A DNA stretch of 22,210 bases from an uncultured bacterium (GTDB lineage Bacteria; Hydrothermota; UBA3073; NMUJ01), in contig CBFDTI010000015.1 of NCBI GenBank assembly GCA_965612795.1, positions 1 to 22,210 of the forward strand. The letters are read 5' to 3'. A program made the translations under genes and the position numbers. Shown here one piece after another: positions 1-8,336 of the stretch. Numbering within the stretch: the stretch's first letter is position 1; each line of letters begins with the position of its first letter. The notes below the pieces were generated by a model. That model worked only from the letters and a program-made list of their open reading frames with translations. It searched no databases and was not told where the DNA came from.

Positions 1-35
1 AATAAAATCTTATTTTTGATAGCAAGGAGGGTTCA

Positions 36-1523
36 ATGAGTCTATGGGTGGTTTCCAAGACACGGTTTGATGTTGTACGTGTGAAGCTGATGCTTGAAAA
101 TGCCATTAGTCGCAAAATTATCGACAGTGCCTTACATGTAGAGGAAGATGGTCGTACGCGGTTGGAACATGTCCTCGATGCATATGTAGAGAACACTCAT
201 ATGCCAGCATGGGAGAAACTACGTAATTACCCGCTCTTTAAAGTTATCGATATAATAAAGCGTGCTTTCAATGCAGACGATGAACGTATGAAACGCGAGC
301 TACAGAACCCCACCATTCGTAAGATACTGTTGGTATCACTCAAATCCCTACGTAAATATGGGCTACAGACACCACAGAACTTTGTCGCACCCATCATGGT
401 GGTGTGGAACTTCACATATAAATGTAACCTCAAATGTAGACACTGTTACGAAGATGCGGGCGTGTTAAGGTCAGGCCCCACCAATGAGCTCACCACTGAG
501 GAGAAATACCATGTATTGGAGGAGCTGGATAAAAATCATGTACCTACAATATTCTTCTCGGGTGGCGAACCCCTAATGGCGGCCGACTTTTGGGAGCTTG
601 CCGAGGCTGCCAAAAAGAAGGGTTTCTACCTCAGCATAGCTTCCAACGGTACATTGTTTGCCAACAAGGAGAACGCTGTACGTGCAAAAGAGATCGGCTT
701 CGGCTACATAGCGGTTAGCCTTGACGCAGCCGACCCCAAGAAGCATGACGAATTCCGTGGTGTACCCGGTATGTGGGAACGTGCAGTCCAGGGTATAAAG
801 AACCTCAACGATGTAGGTATCACCACCGTTATACAGTTTACGCTCACGAAATACAATAAGGATGAGCTACCCAAAATGTTCAAGCTCCAGAAGGAAATCG
901 GTGCGTACAAAGTTATCGTCTATAATTACATACCTGTAGGACGTGGCGATATGGACATGGACATTACACCGGAGGAACGTGAAGAGGCCTTCCGTGTAAT
1001 GTATGAGGAGCTCGAAGCTGGTTATCATTCGGTAGCTACGACTGCACCACAGCTTGCAAGGTACTGCAAGATGATGGGTTCCGACACTATTATATTCACA
1101 CATTATGGGGATGCGAAAGCCAAAGAGCTGGGTGTCATCGCTGATATAGTAGGTGGTTGTGGTGCCGGTAGAGCCTATTGTTCGGTACAACCCGATGGTA
1201 GGGTCACCCCCTGCGTATATATGCCATATATCACTGTCGGTAACTTACGTGAACATACGTTCGAAGAGATCTGGAACAGTCCATTCATGGAGTACCTACG
1301 CGATCGTTCCGACCTATGGGGACACTGTGCGGAATGTCCCTACCAAGCAGTATGTGGTGGCTGTCGTGCACGTGCTTACGTGTATTTTGATGATTTCAAA
1401 GGTCCCGACCCTGGTTGCATATTCAACCGCGAATACTACTATAACTGGGAGAAATATCGACGTATGGGTAAATCTGCGGAAGCGTTGACCCTTATTCATA
1501 AAGCACCAGTGACGGTTAAATAA
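36..1523 (+). CDS. Radical SAM/SPASM domain protein with ~110-aa N-terminal extension
   Basis: CxxxCxxC motif (CNLKCRHC), SGGEP motif, C-terminal SPASM cysteines (GCGAG...PCVY...CAECPYQAVCGGCR...GC); SD AAGGAGG at 24-30. Confidence 0.93.
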   Translation: MSLWVVSKTRFDVVRVKLMLENAISRKIIDSALHVEEDGRTRLEHVLDAYVENTHMPAWEKLRNYPLFKVIDIIKRAFNADDERMKRELQNPTIRKILLVSLKSLRKYGLQTPQNFVAPIMVVWNFTYKCNLKCRHCYEDAGVLRSGPTNELTTEEKYHVLEELDKNHVPTIFFSGGEPLMAADFWELAEAAKKKGFYLSIASNGTLFANKENAVRAKEIGFGYIAVSLDAADPKKHDEFRGVPGMWERAVQGIKNLNDVGITTVIQFTLTKYNKDELPKMFKLQKEIGAYKVIVYNYIPVGRGDMDMDITPEEREEAFRVMYEELEAGYHSVATTAPQLARYCKMMGSDTIIFTHYGDAKAKELGVIADIVGGCGAGRAYCSVQPDGRVTPCVYMPYITVGNLREHTFEEIWNSPFMEYLRDRSDLWGHCAECPYQAVCGGCRARAYVYFDDFKGPDPGCIFNREYYYNWEKYRRMGKSAEALTLIHKAPVTVK

Positions 1524-1952
1524 ATGGTGCGAAGGTTAGCAATCATCGGGTTAGCTGTATTAATCGTAGCCGGCTGTAAGAAGCAGGAGCAGACCAAGTT
1601 CACACCACCACCTGATGGTAAAGTTACCAAGGAGCTTGCCGATAAATACATAAAGGCGGCAAAGGCGCTCGAGCTCGCCATCGCACGCCATCAAGTCTAC
1701 ATACGTGAGTTCATGCGCAGGTTTAAGATCGACTCGCTGTCACAGCTACAGGATACCACCTTCATACGTGAACACCCTCAGGTTATGGATGCATGGCAAC
1801 GTCTACAGCGTCGCTGGAAGGAAGCCGAACAAGACGCATATAGGAGTGCGGGGTTGACTGAGGATGCCTTCAACTGGATTGGTATGGCACTTACGGATAC
1901 CATAAATGCTGATATACGTGAGTACGTACAACGGGCACTTACTGCTGAGTAG
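1524..1952 (+). CDS. Hypothetical lipoprotein, predicted helical
   Basis: Basic N-terminus, hydrophobic stretch and lipobox VAGC; ATG directly abuts the upstream TAA. Confidence 0.75.
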   Translation: MVRRLAIIGLAVLIVAGCKKQEQTKFTPPPDGKVTKELADKYIKAAKALELAIARHQVYIREFMRRFKIDSLSQLQDTTFIREHPQVMDAWQRLQRRWKEAEQDAYRSAGLTEDAFNWIGMALTDTINADIREYVQRALTAE

Positions 1953-1964
1953 TACCAAAATAGG

Positions 1965-1993
1965 TTGACAATTACTTTTTTTCCTTAATTTTG
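1965..1993 (+). promoter_or_regulatory. Putative promoter of the degP-sigma-...-yceD operon (TTGACA-N15-TAATTTTG)
   Basis: Perfect TTGACA at 1965-1970, TAATTT(TG) at 1986-1993, AT-rich spacer, SD AAGGAGG downstream. Confidence 0.6.
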
Positions 1994-2009
1994 TAGTAAG
2001 GAGGTACCG

Positions 2010-3338
2010 ATGAGATCAAACAAATGGGGGTGTTTGATAGTGGGAATTTTTTTACCCATTATCTTGAACGCCTATGATCATGGGCCTTTTGTTGAAGCTT
2101 GTGCTAAAGTATTGCCTGCAGTCGTTAACATAAGTGCAGAAAAGGTGGTGGAGATACCTAGTCCATTTAGCGACCTGTTTGAAGATCCGTTTTTCAGGTA
2201 TTTCAAGAAGTACTTCCCTGAGTACGAATGGAAGCAACGCCTGAAGAGCCTCGGTTCAGGCGTTATAATCACATCTGACGGTTACGTGGTAACTAATTAC
2301 CACGTGATAGCACATGCCGAAAATATTGTAGTAAGCACAGAAGAGGAAACCTTCAAAGAGGTCGAAATCGTAGGTGTCGACAGTGTAACAGATATCGCAT
2401 TACTTAAGTTAGAGACAGAACACGAACTCCCGTATATCGAATGGGGTGATTCAGATTCGCTCAGAGTAGGTGAATGGGTGATCGCCATCGGTAGCCCACT
2501 TGGCCCCCAATATGCAAGAACTGTCACCATGGGTATAGTGAGTGCTAAAGGTCGTGTGTTACCAATAGGACATACCAAGTATTGGGATCTCATACAAACC
2601 GACGCCGCCATCAACCCTGGCAATAGTGGTGGTCCACTTGTCAACATTGAGGGTAAAGTCGTCGGTATAAACGTAGCTATAGCCACTGGTACACGTTACT
2701 ACATAGGGTTAGGGTTCGCCATACCAAGTAATACCGTAAAGCGTGTAGTGGAAGACCTCATGAAGTACCACAAGGTACAACGTGCATGGTTGGGTGTCAC
2801 CTATCAGAAGCTGGATGCCGACCTTGCACAAGCGTTGGGGCTCGAAAAAGTAGAAGGTGTAGTCATTGTAGAAGTAGTGGATGGGTCACCCGCCGACAAA
2901 GCCGGTATCAAACCCAAAGATGTGATCATAGAGTTCAACGGCAAAAAGGTTACGTTCGCCAACTTCGCCGTTATAGTTGCACACAGCCCAATAGGTGAAC
3001 CTATAAAGGTTAGGTTGATACGTGGCAAACGTGAAATAGAGACTGAAGTAGTACTTGAACCACGTGAAAAGGGTGAAACCAAAATCTACGGCTGGCTCGG
3101 TATGCGCGTAGAACCTACAGAGACTGGGGTTACAGTAGTAGACGTATCACCGGGTTCGCCAGCAGATGAGGCCGGTATCCAAAAAGGCGACCGCATCAAG
3201 ATGATAGGTGATATCGAAATCAAATCGATCGAAGATTATGAACGTGCATCCCAGGAGTATAAAGATAGAACCACACCAATATTGTTTCTTATTGAACGTC
3301 AAGGTAAGGACATTTTAATTGCTATCAAACCCGAATAA
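2010..3338 (+). CDS. degP: DegP/HtrA (Do family) periplasmic serine protease with two PDZ domains
   Basis: Signal peptide; catalytic triad motifs TNYHVI, TDIA, AINPGNSGGPL; two PDZ repeats (GSPADKAGI, GSPADEAGI). Confidence 0.93.
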   Translation: MRSNKWGCLIVGIFLPIILNAYDHGPFVEACAKVLPAVVNISAEKVVEIPSPFSDLFEDPFFRYFKKYFPEYEWKQRLKSLGSGVIITSDGYVVTNYHVIAHAENIVVSTEEETFKEVEIVGVDSVTDIALLKLETEHELPYIEWGDSDSLRVGEWVIAIGSPLGPQYARTVTMGIVSAKGRVLPIGHTKYWDLIQTDAAINPGNSGGPLVNIEGKVVGINVAIATGTRYYIGLGFAIPSNTVKRVVEDLMKYHKVQRAWLGVTYQKLDADLAQALGLEKVEGVVIVEVVDGSPADKAGIKPKDVIIEFNGKKVTFANFAVIVAHSPIGEPIKVRLIRGKREIETEVVLEPREKGETKIYGWLGMRVEPTETGVTVVDVSPGSPADEAGIQKGDRIKMIGDIEIKSIEDYERASQEYKDRTTPILFLIERQGKDILIAIKPE

Positions 3339-3356
3339 AACCAAGGAGGTACAACA

Positions 3357-4184
3357 ATGGTGTATAAAAAGAAAAACCTGGTAGATTTCTATCTATCCGA
3401 GATAAAGGATATACCCGTACTTACTGTGGAAGAGGAACGTGCACTCATCAGGAAGGCAAAAGCTGGCGACAAGGAAGCATTCCAGAAACTTATATCCTCC
3501 TACTTGAAGTTTGTGGTCAGTCTTGCCAAACTCTACCATACGGATGATGTGCCACTCGAAGACTTGATCAACGAAGGTAACATGGGATTACTACGTGCGT
3601 TTCAACATTTCGATCTCAGCAAAAACGTACGCTTCCTCTCATATGCAGTGTGGTGGATACGTCAAGCTATCTTCAAACTAATAAAGGAATCAGGTAGTGT
3701 CGTACGTATACCTTCATCTAAAAAGAGCAACATCAAGAAAGTACAAGACGTAGAGAAGGAACTACTGCAGAAGAAGCAGAAACCACCCACACCACGTGAG
3801 ATAGCAGAGGTGCTGGGTATCGATGAGAAGGAAGTGATCAAAAGCTACGAGATTGCACAACGGGATCTCGCAATCGATGCACCACTCAACGAAGACCGTG
3901 ATACACCGCTTAATGAAACACTGTTTGGTACCGAAGGCGAAGAGGATAAGATTATCAACGCAATAATCACCGAGGAACTAAAGGAGAAGATAAAATATCT
4001 ACCGGAACGCGAAAAGAAGGTAGTTATCGAATATTTCGGGTTGGGTGGCAACCCTCCCAAGACACTCAAAGAAATAGGCGAGGAATGGGGTGTATCACGT
4101 GAACGTGTACGCCAGATAAAGGAACGCGCATTACGTAAGTTGCGCCAGATGATTCATGAAGAAGGTCATCATCGTACCACCTAA
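3357..4184 (+). CDS. RNA polymerase sigma70 factor, RpoD/RpoS-like, short form lacking region 1.1
   Basis: Region 1.2 YLSEI, region 2 DLINEGNMGL and RFLSYAVWWIRQAI, region 4.2 TLKEIGEEWGVSRERVRQIKERALRKLR; SD AAGGAGG. Confidence 0.93.
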   Translation: MVYKKKNLVDFYLSEIKDIPVLTVEEERALIRKAKAGDKEAFQKLISSYLKFVVSLAKLYHTDDVPLEDLINEGNMGLLRAFQHFDLSKNVRFLSYAVWWIRQAIFKLIKESGSVVRIPSSKKSNIKKVQDVEKELLQKKQKPPTPREIAEVLGIDEKEVIKSYEIAQRDLAIDAPLNEDRDTPLNETLFGTEGEEDKIINAIITEELKEKIKYLPEREKKVVIEYFGLGGNPPKTLKEIGEEWGVSRERVRQIKERALRKLRQMIHEEGHHRTT

Positions 4185-4956
4185 CACGGGTGAAGTACGG
4201 GAAATTCACCCGATCACTTTGATTACCATCTTCGCCGGTATCGTGCTTTTGCCTGTGATATTGTATTTACTACAACCCAAAGTAGACGAAAGCCTCATAA
4301 GAAGGGAGAAAGACTATTATGAAATACTACACAGGTTGAATTACCTCGAGCATCGCCTATCGGTGCTCGAACGTCGTAATGAAGCACTTAAATTAGAAGC
4401 TGATGCGTTACGTTCACATCTGATGTACTACGGTGACACCACAGATACATCTGTGAGTGACTTCGAAGACATATTCGAACGTGTACAGGTTAACCAGAAG
4501 CTACTCGAGCTGGTTGAAAAGGAGATATCGAAAGACCCACAAAAGCTCGACTACCTACCCAGTATACTGCCGGTAGATGGATGGCTGGTTAAGGGGTTTG
4601 GCCTCATCAAGGACCGGTTTACCGGTGAATATCGTGTTTCACAGGGTATAAATATCGCCGCACCAGTAGGTACACCTGTACGTGCAACCGCAAGTGGTTG
4701 GGTAGTATTCCGTGGCTACAAAAAGGGGTATGGCAAAATGGTTATAATACAACATAGACACGGGTTCCGCACCTTATACGCACATCTCAACGATATAAAA
4801 GTGGGGTTAGGTGAATTCGTCAAACGTGGCAAAATTATCGGCACAGTAGGTACAACTGGTACAACCGAAGGGCCACAACTGCATTACGAGATACGACTTT
4901 ATGGTATACCACAGAATCCGCTCAATTATATAATCGAGGAGATAAAAACACTCTAA
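4156..4956 (+). CDS. Membrane-anchored coiled-coil M23/LytM-domain protein, degenerate active site
   Basis: N-terminal TM helix, coiled coil, PSILPVDG, GTPVRATASG, GYGKMV, TLYAHL, GPQLHYEIR; HxxxD reads SQGIN. Confidence 0.88.
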   Translation: MKKVIIVPPNTGEVREIHPITLITIFAGIVLLPVILYLLQPKVDESLIRREKDYYEILHRLNYLEHRLSVLERRNEALKLEADALRSHLMYYGDTTDTSVSDFEDIFERVQVNQKLLELVEKEISKDPQKLDYLPSILPVDGWLVKGFGLIKDRFTGEYRVSQGINIAAPVGTPVRATASGWVVFRGYKKGYGKMVIIQHRHGFRTLYAHLNDIKVGLGEFVKRGKIIGTVGTTGTTEGPQLHYEIRLYGIPQNPLNYIIEEIKTL

Positions 4957-5372
4957 TGAACCGCACATTGCTTATAATAAAACCGGATGCGGTCCGTATG
5001 GGTGTGATCGGCGAGATACTCGCACAGGTGGAACGTGAAGGCTTTAAAATACTCGACCTTAGAATGGTGCAGCTCACACGCGAACAGGCAGAAACCTTCT
5101 ATGCCGAACACCGTAACAAACCTTTCTTCAACGAGCTTGTAACTTTCATAACGTCCGGTCCCATCGTGGCAGTATTACTCGAAAGTACCGAAAGTGAGAA
5201 CGGTGTTAAGAAACTACGCACAATCGTAGGTGCAACCGATCCGCTTGCATCACCACCTGGCACCATACGACGTAAGTGGGGTACCAACATAACCCAAAAC
5301 GCGGTACATGCATCAGATTCACCCAAAAGCGCCGTACGTGAGATACGGTTCTTCTTCGGGGATAAACTTTAA
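4956..5372 (+). CDS. ndk: Nucleoside diphosphate kinase
   Basis: RTLLIIKPDAV, FYAEH, GATDP, PGTIR, NAVHASDS active-site His. Confidence 0.97.
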   Translation: MNRTLLIIKPDAVRMGVIGEILAQVEREGFKILDLRMVQLTREQAETFYAEHRNKPFFNELVTFITSGPIVAVLLESTESENGVKKLRTIVGATDPLASPPGTIRRKWGTNITQNAVHASDSPKSAVREIRFFFGDKL

Positions 5373-6103
5373 TGGCCGAACTTATAGTAGCATTGGATTT
5401 AACATCTATCGATAAGCTTAACCGAATAGTAGCTGAACTCGATGGGCTTGTTGATTTCTTCAAGTTGGGTATCGAACCCCTAACTGCGATGGGGTTCAAA
5501 GTTATCGAACACCTTAAAACCCAAGGTAAACGCGTGTTTGTTGACCTTAAATTTTTCGACATCCCAAAAGTAGTGCATAGCGCAGTAAGGAACCTACAAC
5601 AATACGATGTCGATATGTTAACACTCCATACATTGGGTGGTACCAACATGCTATGTGCAGCCATAGATGCACGCGGTGGTTCCAATAAGCCATTACTTAT
5701 GGGGGTGACTGTGCTGACTTCACTGTCACCATCCGAATCCAAACCCCTATTTAACCGCAAATTAGAAGAAGAAGTGCTGCTACTCACATCGCTTGCGTAT
5801 GAGTGTGGCTTAGATGGAGTGGTAGCCTCACCGCTTGAGGTACGGCAGATCAAATCGAAATGGCGAGATAATCTGTTAGTACTAACACCCGGCATAAGAG
5901 GTACAGGTGCGAGTAAGGATGATCAAGCCCGTATACTTACACCTTACGGGGCAGCACGAGAAGGTGCCGACTTCCTGGTGGTAGGTAGACCCATACTTAA
6001 TGCAGACAACCCACGTATGGTGGTAGAGAGTATGTTATCCGACATACAACGAGGTAACAATGAATTTAGAACAACTATTAAAGGAACTGGGCGTGATACG
6101 TGA
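5372..6103 (+). CDS. pyrF: Orotidine-5'-phosphate decarboxylase
   Basis: LIVALD, DLKFFDIP, VTVLTS, TPGIR, DDQAR, VVGRPI motifs. Confidence 0.96.
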   Translation: MAELIVALDLTSIDKLNRIVAELDGLVDFFKLGIEPLTAMGFKVIEHLKTQGKRVFVDLKFFDIPKVVHSAVRNLQQYDVDMLTLHTLGGTNMLCAAIDARGGSNKPLLMGVTVLTSLSPSESKPLFNRKLEEEVLLLTSLAYECGLDGVVASPLEVRQIKSKWRDNLLVLTPGIRGTGASKDDQARILTPYGAAREGADFLVVGRPILNADNPRMVVESMLSDIQRGNNEFRTTIKGTGRDT

Positions 6104-6617
6104 AGGCCATTTCCTATTGAGTTCTGGCCTACACAGTGGGATATACTTTGAGAAGTTCAGGCTGCTGGAAAACCCTCAATATCTACCAGTTTTTACGCAT
6201 GAAATAGCGAGCCACTTCAAATCGTACAGTATATCAAGAGTAGCCGCACCTACACTCGGTGGTATGTTGATCGCATACGAGGTGGCACGTGAATTAAACA
6301 CACGCGCAATATACATTGAAGAAGTACACGGCAAACGTGTACTACGACGTGGGTTCACCATCGAGAAAGGAGAACCCATCCTCGTAGTAGATGACGTGAT
6401 GACAACCGGTCAATCACTATCCAATGTGATAGAGGTGATAGAAACTAACGGCGGTATGATTGCAGGTATTGGGGTGTTGATCGACCGTAGCGATGGGGTA
6501 AACTTTCCTTATCCATTCTTTGCGGTTATCACAAAACGTGTCACAAATTATACGCCAGACACCTGTCCATTATGCAAGCAGGGTGTGCCACTTGAGATAC
6601 CTGGAGGTATAAGTTGA
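6060..6617 (+). CDS. pyrE: Orotate phosphoribosyltransferase
   Basis: GHFLLSSGLHS, LRRGF, PRPP-binding VVDDVMTTGQS, C-terminal CPLC; follows pyrF. Confidence 0.95.
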   Translation: MNLEQLLKELGVIREGHFLLSSGLHSGIYFEKFRLLENPQYLPVFTHEIASHFKSYSISRVAAPTLGGMLIAYEVARELNTRAIYIEEVHGKRVLRRGFTIEKGEPILVVDDVMTTGQSLSNVIEVIETNGGMIAGIGVLIDRSDGVNFPYPFFAVITKRVTNYTPDTCPLCKQGVPLEIPGGIS

Positions 6618-7288
6618 TGATAAATGTTACACTTTTAGCTCATACACCTGACCCTTTACGTGTGATCTATACAGCAGCTAAGACTTGCTATTCAGGGGCC
6701 AAACCAGAAACCATATTCAAAACATCGGTTACACGCCAGACTATGGAACACCTCATACGTAAGGTGGTCGAGCGTGGGCACCATTCCGTATTAGAACATG
6801 TAAACTTCACATTCGCCATCTCCGGCATATCACGAGCATGCTCACATCAACTCGTACGTCACAGGGTAGCCAGCTATTCACAACAGAGCCAACGATATGT
6901 GGAACCATCAGCTGAGTTTGTGGTACCTCGTACGATAAGGAAGCATCACAAAGCTAATGATATGTTCTACAAAACACTTGAACATTGCATGACAGCCTAT
7001 AAGGAGATGCTAACCTTGGGTATACCGAAGGAAGATGCACGTTTTGTGTTACCCAACGCTACACCTACAAATATCGTTGTGACGATGAACCTACGTGAAT
7101 TAATACATGTGGCGGGATTGCGGTTATGTGCACGTGCACAATGGGAGATAAAATTCGTGCTTGCACTTATTAAGAAGGAGGTAAAGAAAGTGGATAAATT
7201 CCTGGGCGAACTACTTGTACCCAGATGTGTAAGTTTAGGTTATTGTCCAGAGGAGGTAAGCTGTGGTCTTAGACCTAAAAAGGGATAA
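6617..7288 (+). CDS. thyX: FAD-dependent thymidylate synthase
   Basis: GHHSVLEH, SRACSHQLVRHRVASYSQQSQRYV, EDARFVLP, RAQWEI; ATG overlaps the pyrE stop (TGATG), SD GGAGGT at 6603-6608. Confidence 0.96.
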   Translation: MINVTLLAHTPDPLRVIYTAAKTCYSGAKPETIFKTSVTRQTMEHLIRKVVERGHHSVLEHVNFTFAISGISRACSHQLVRHRVASYSQQSQRYVEPSAEFVVPRTIRKHHKANDMFYKTLEHCMTAYKEMLTLGIPKEDARFVLPNATPTNIVVTMNLRELIHVAGLRLCARAQWEIKFVLALIKKEVKKVDKFLGELLVPRCVSLGYCPEEVSCGLRPKKG

Positions 7289-7763
7289 GAAATTACACGT
7301 TAATCAGTTAAAAGATGGTAGCGTTGAGCGATTCTCCTTTGTTATATCACAAGAGACGTGGAATCTAGAACTGTTGGCCAGCGACGTTACGGTATCACTT
7401 ATGATTGTCAAACGTGGTACCCGCGTACGTGTGAAGGGTAAGATGAAGTTCAAGTTACAGCTGGAATGCTACAGGTGCGGTGAGCCGTTCACAACTGACA
7501 ATGAGGAGTCGTTCGATCTCTTCTTTTTTGTTGAACATCCCAGCTTCTACGGTAGGAGCAAGGAACTCACGATGGAGGATTTTGGTGTCCTGCCATACAA
7601 TGGGGATGAGATCGATCTCTGGCAAGTATTACGTGAGACCATAATACTGGCGGTACCTACCAAGCCCCTATGTAAACCCGACTGTAAAGGATTGTGTCCC
7701 ATATGTGGAGCAAACTGGAACCTCACCACGTGTGAACACCAGCCGTCGTCTACCTCTGAATAA
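7263..7763 (+). CDS. yceD: YceD/DUF177 family protein
   Basis: CYRC motif and C-terminal LCKPDCKGLCPICGANWN; GTG start with SD GGAGG. Confidence 0.9.
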   Translation: MVLDLKRDKKLHVNQLKDGSVERFSFVISQETWNLELLASDVTVSLMIVKRGTRVRVKGKMKFKLQLECYRCGEPFTTDNEESFDLFFFVEHPSFYGRSKELTMEDFGVLPYNGDEIDLWQVLRETIILAVPTKPLCKPDCKGLCPICGANWNLTTCEHQPSSTSE

Positions 7764-7770
7764 ACACCCA

Positions 7771-7820
7771 TAACCTACGTTCAACAGCTGCTAACCTACC
7801 GTTTTAGGTGTCTAACTTGG
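7771..7820 (+). repeat. 21-bp-period direct repeat TAACCTAC/TAACCTAC/TAACTTGG
   Basis: Copies start at 7771, 7792 and 7813, directly upstream of a -35-like box. Confidence 0.4.
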
Positions 7821-7823
7821 TGC

Positions 7824-7850
7824 TTGAAATTTAGGCAATTAAGTTAAAAT
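7824..7850 (+). promoter_or_regulatory. Putative promoter of lptE-xerD-rsmD (TTGAAA-N15-TAAAAT)
   Basis: TTGAAA at 7824-7829 and TAAAAT at 7845-7850 in AT-rich intergenic DNA. Confidence 0.5.
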
Positions 7851-7859
7851 TAAAATGTG

Positions 7860-8336
7860 ATGCATGATAAGGTAATAAAAAGTATCACACTGTTTACGAT
7901 ACTCGTGAGTGCATGCGTGTATAGTTTTACAGGGTTTGTGCCACCTGGTCGTGAAACTATCTACATATATCCGTTTGAAAACGAGACCCCTCGATATGGG
8001 TTAGAAAACCTCATAATGGAGAAGATACAAGCCGCATTCATAAGTGATGGTAGAGTTAAACTCGTATCTGCGGATAAAGCGAAGATCAAACTTAAGGGTG
8101 TGATCAGCAGCTACGAACGTACAGTATTCTCGTACACTGGTACGGATGAAGTGGAACAGTATCGGTTAACCGTAAAAGTTGAGCTCACTTTATTACAAGA
8201 TACTGTTACATTATGGCAACATACACTCACGAAATGGGTGAACTACCCACCTGATGAAGATGAAGATGTCGCACTTGAACAACTCTGTACCGAATTAGGC
8301 AACGATGTAGTACATGGTGTGATAGAGGGATGGTAG
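7860..8336 (+). CDS. lptE: LptE-like (LPS assembly) lipoprotein
   Basis: Lipobox VSAC followed by VYSFTG, then TIYIYPFENET, LKGVISSY, YRLTVKV, a pattern typical of LptE-family proteins; alternative GTG start at 7857. Confidence 0.7.
   Translation: MHDKVIKSITLFTILVSACVYSFTGFVPPGRETIYIYPFENETPRYGLENLIMEKIQAAFISDGRVKLVSADKAKIKLKGVISSYERTVFSYTGTDEVEQYRLTVKVELTLLQDTVTLWQHTLTKWVNYPPDEDEDVALEQLCTELGNDVVHGVIEGW

Noticed and set aside
5206..5895. 229-aa antisense ORF and the many other shadow ORFs
   Set aside because: They lie opposite or within well-supported genes, lack motifs, and are expected by-products of codon bias.
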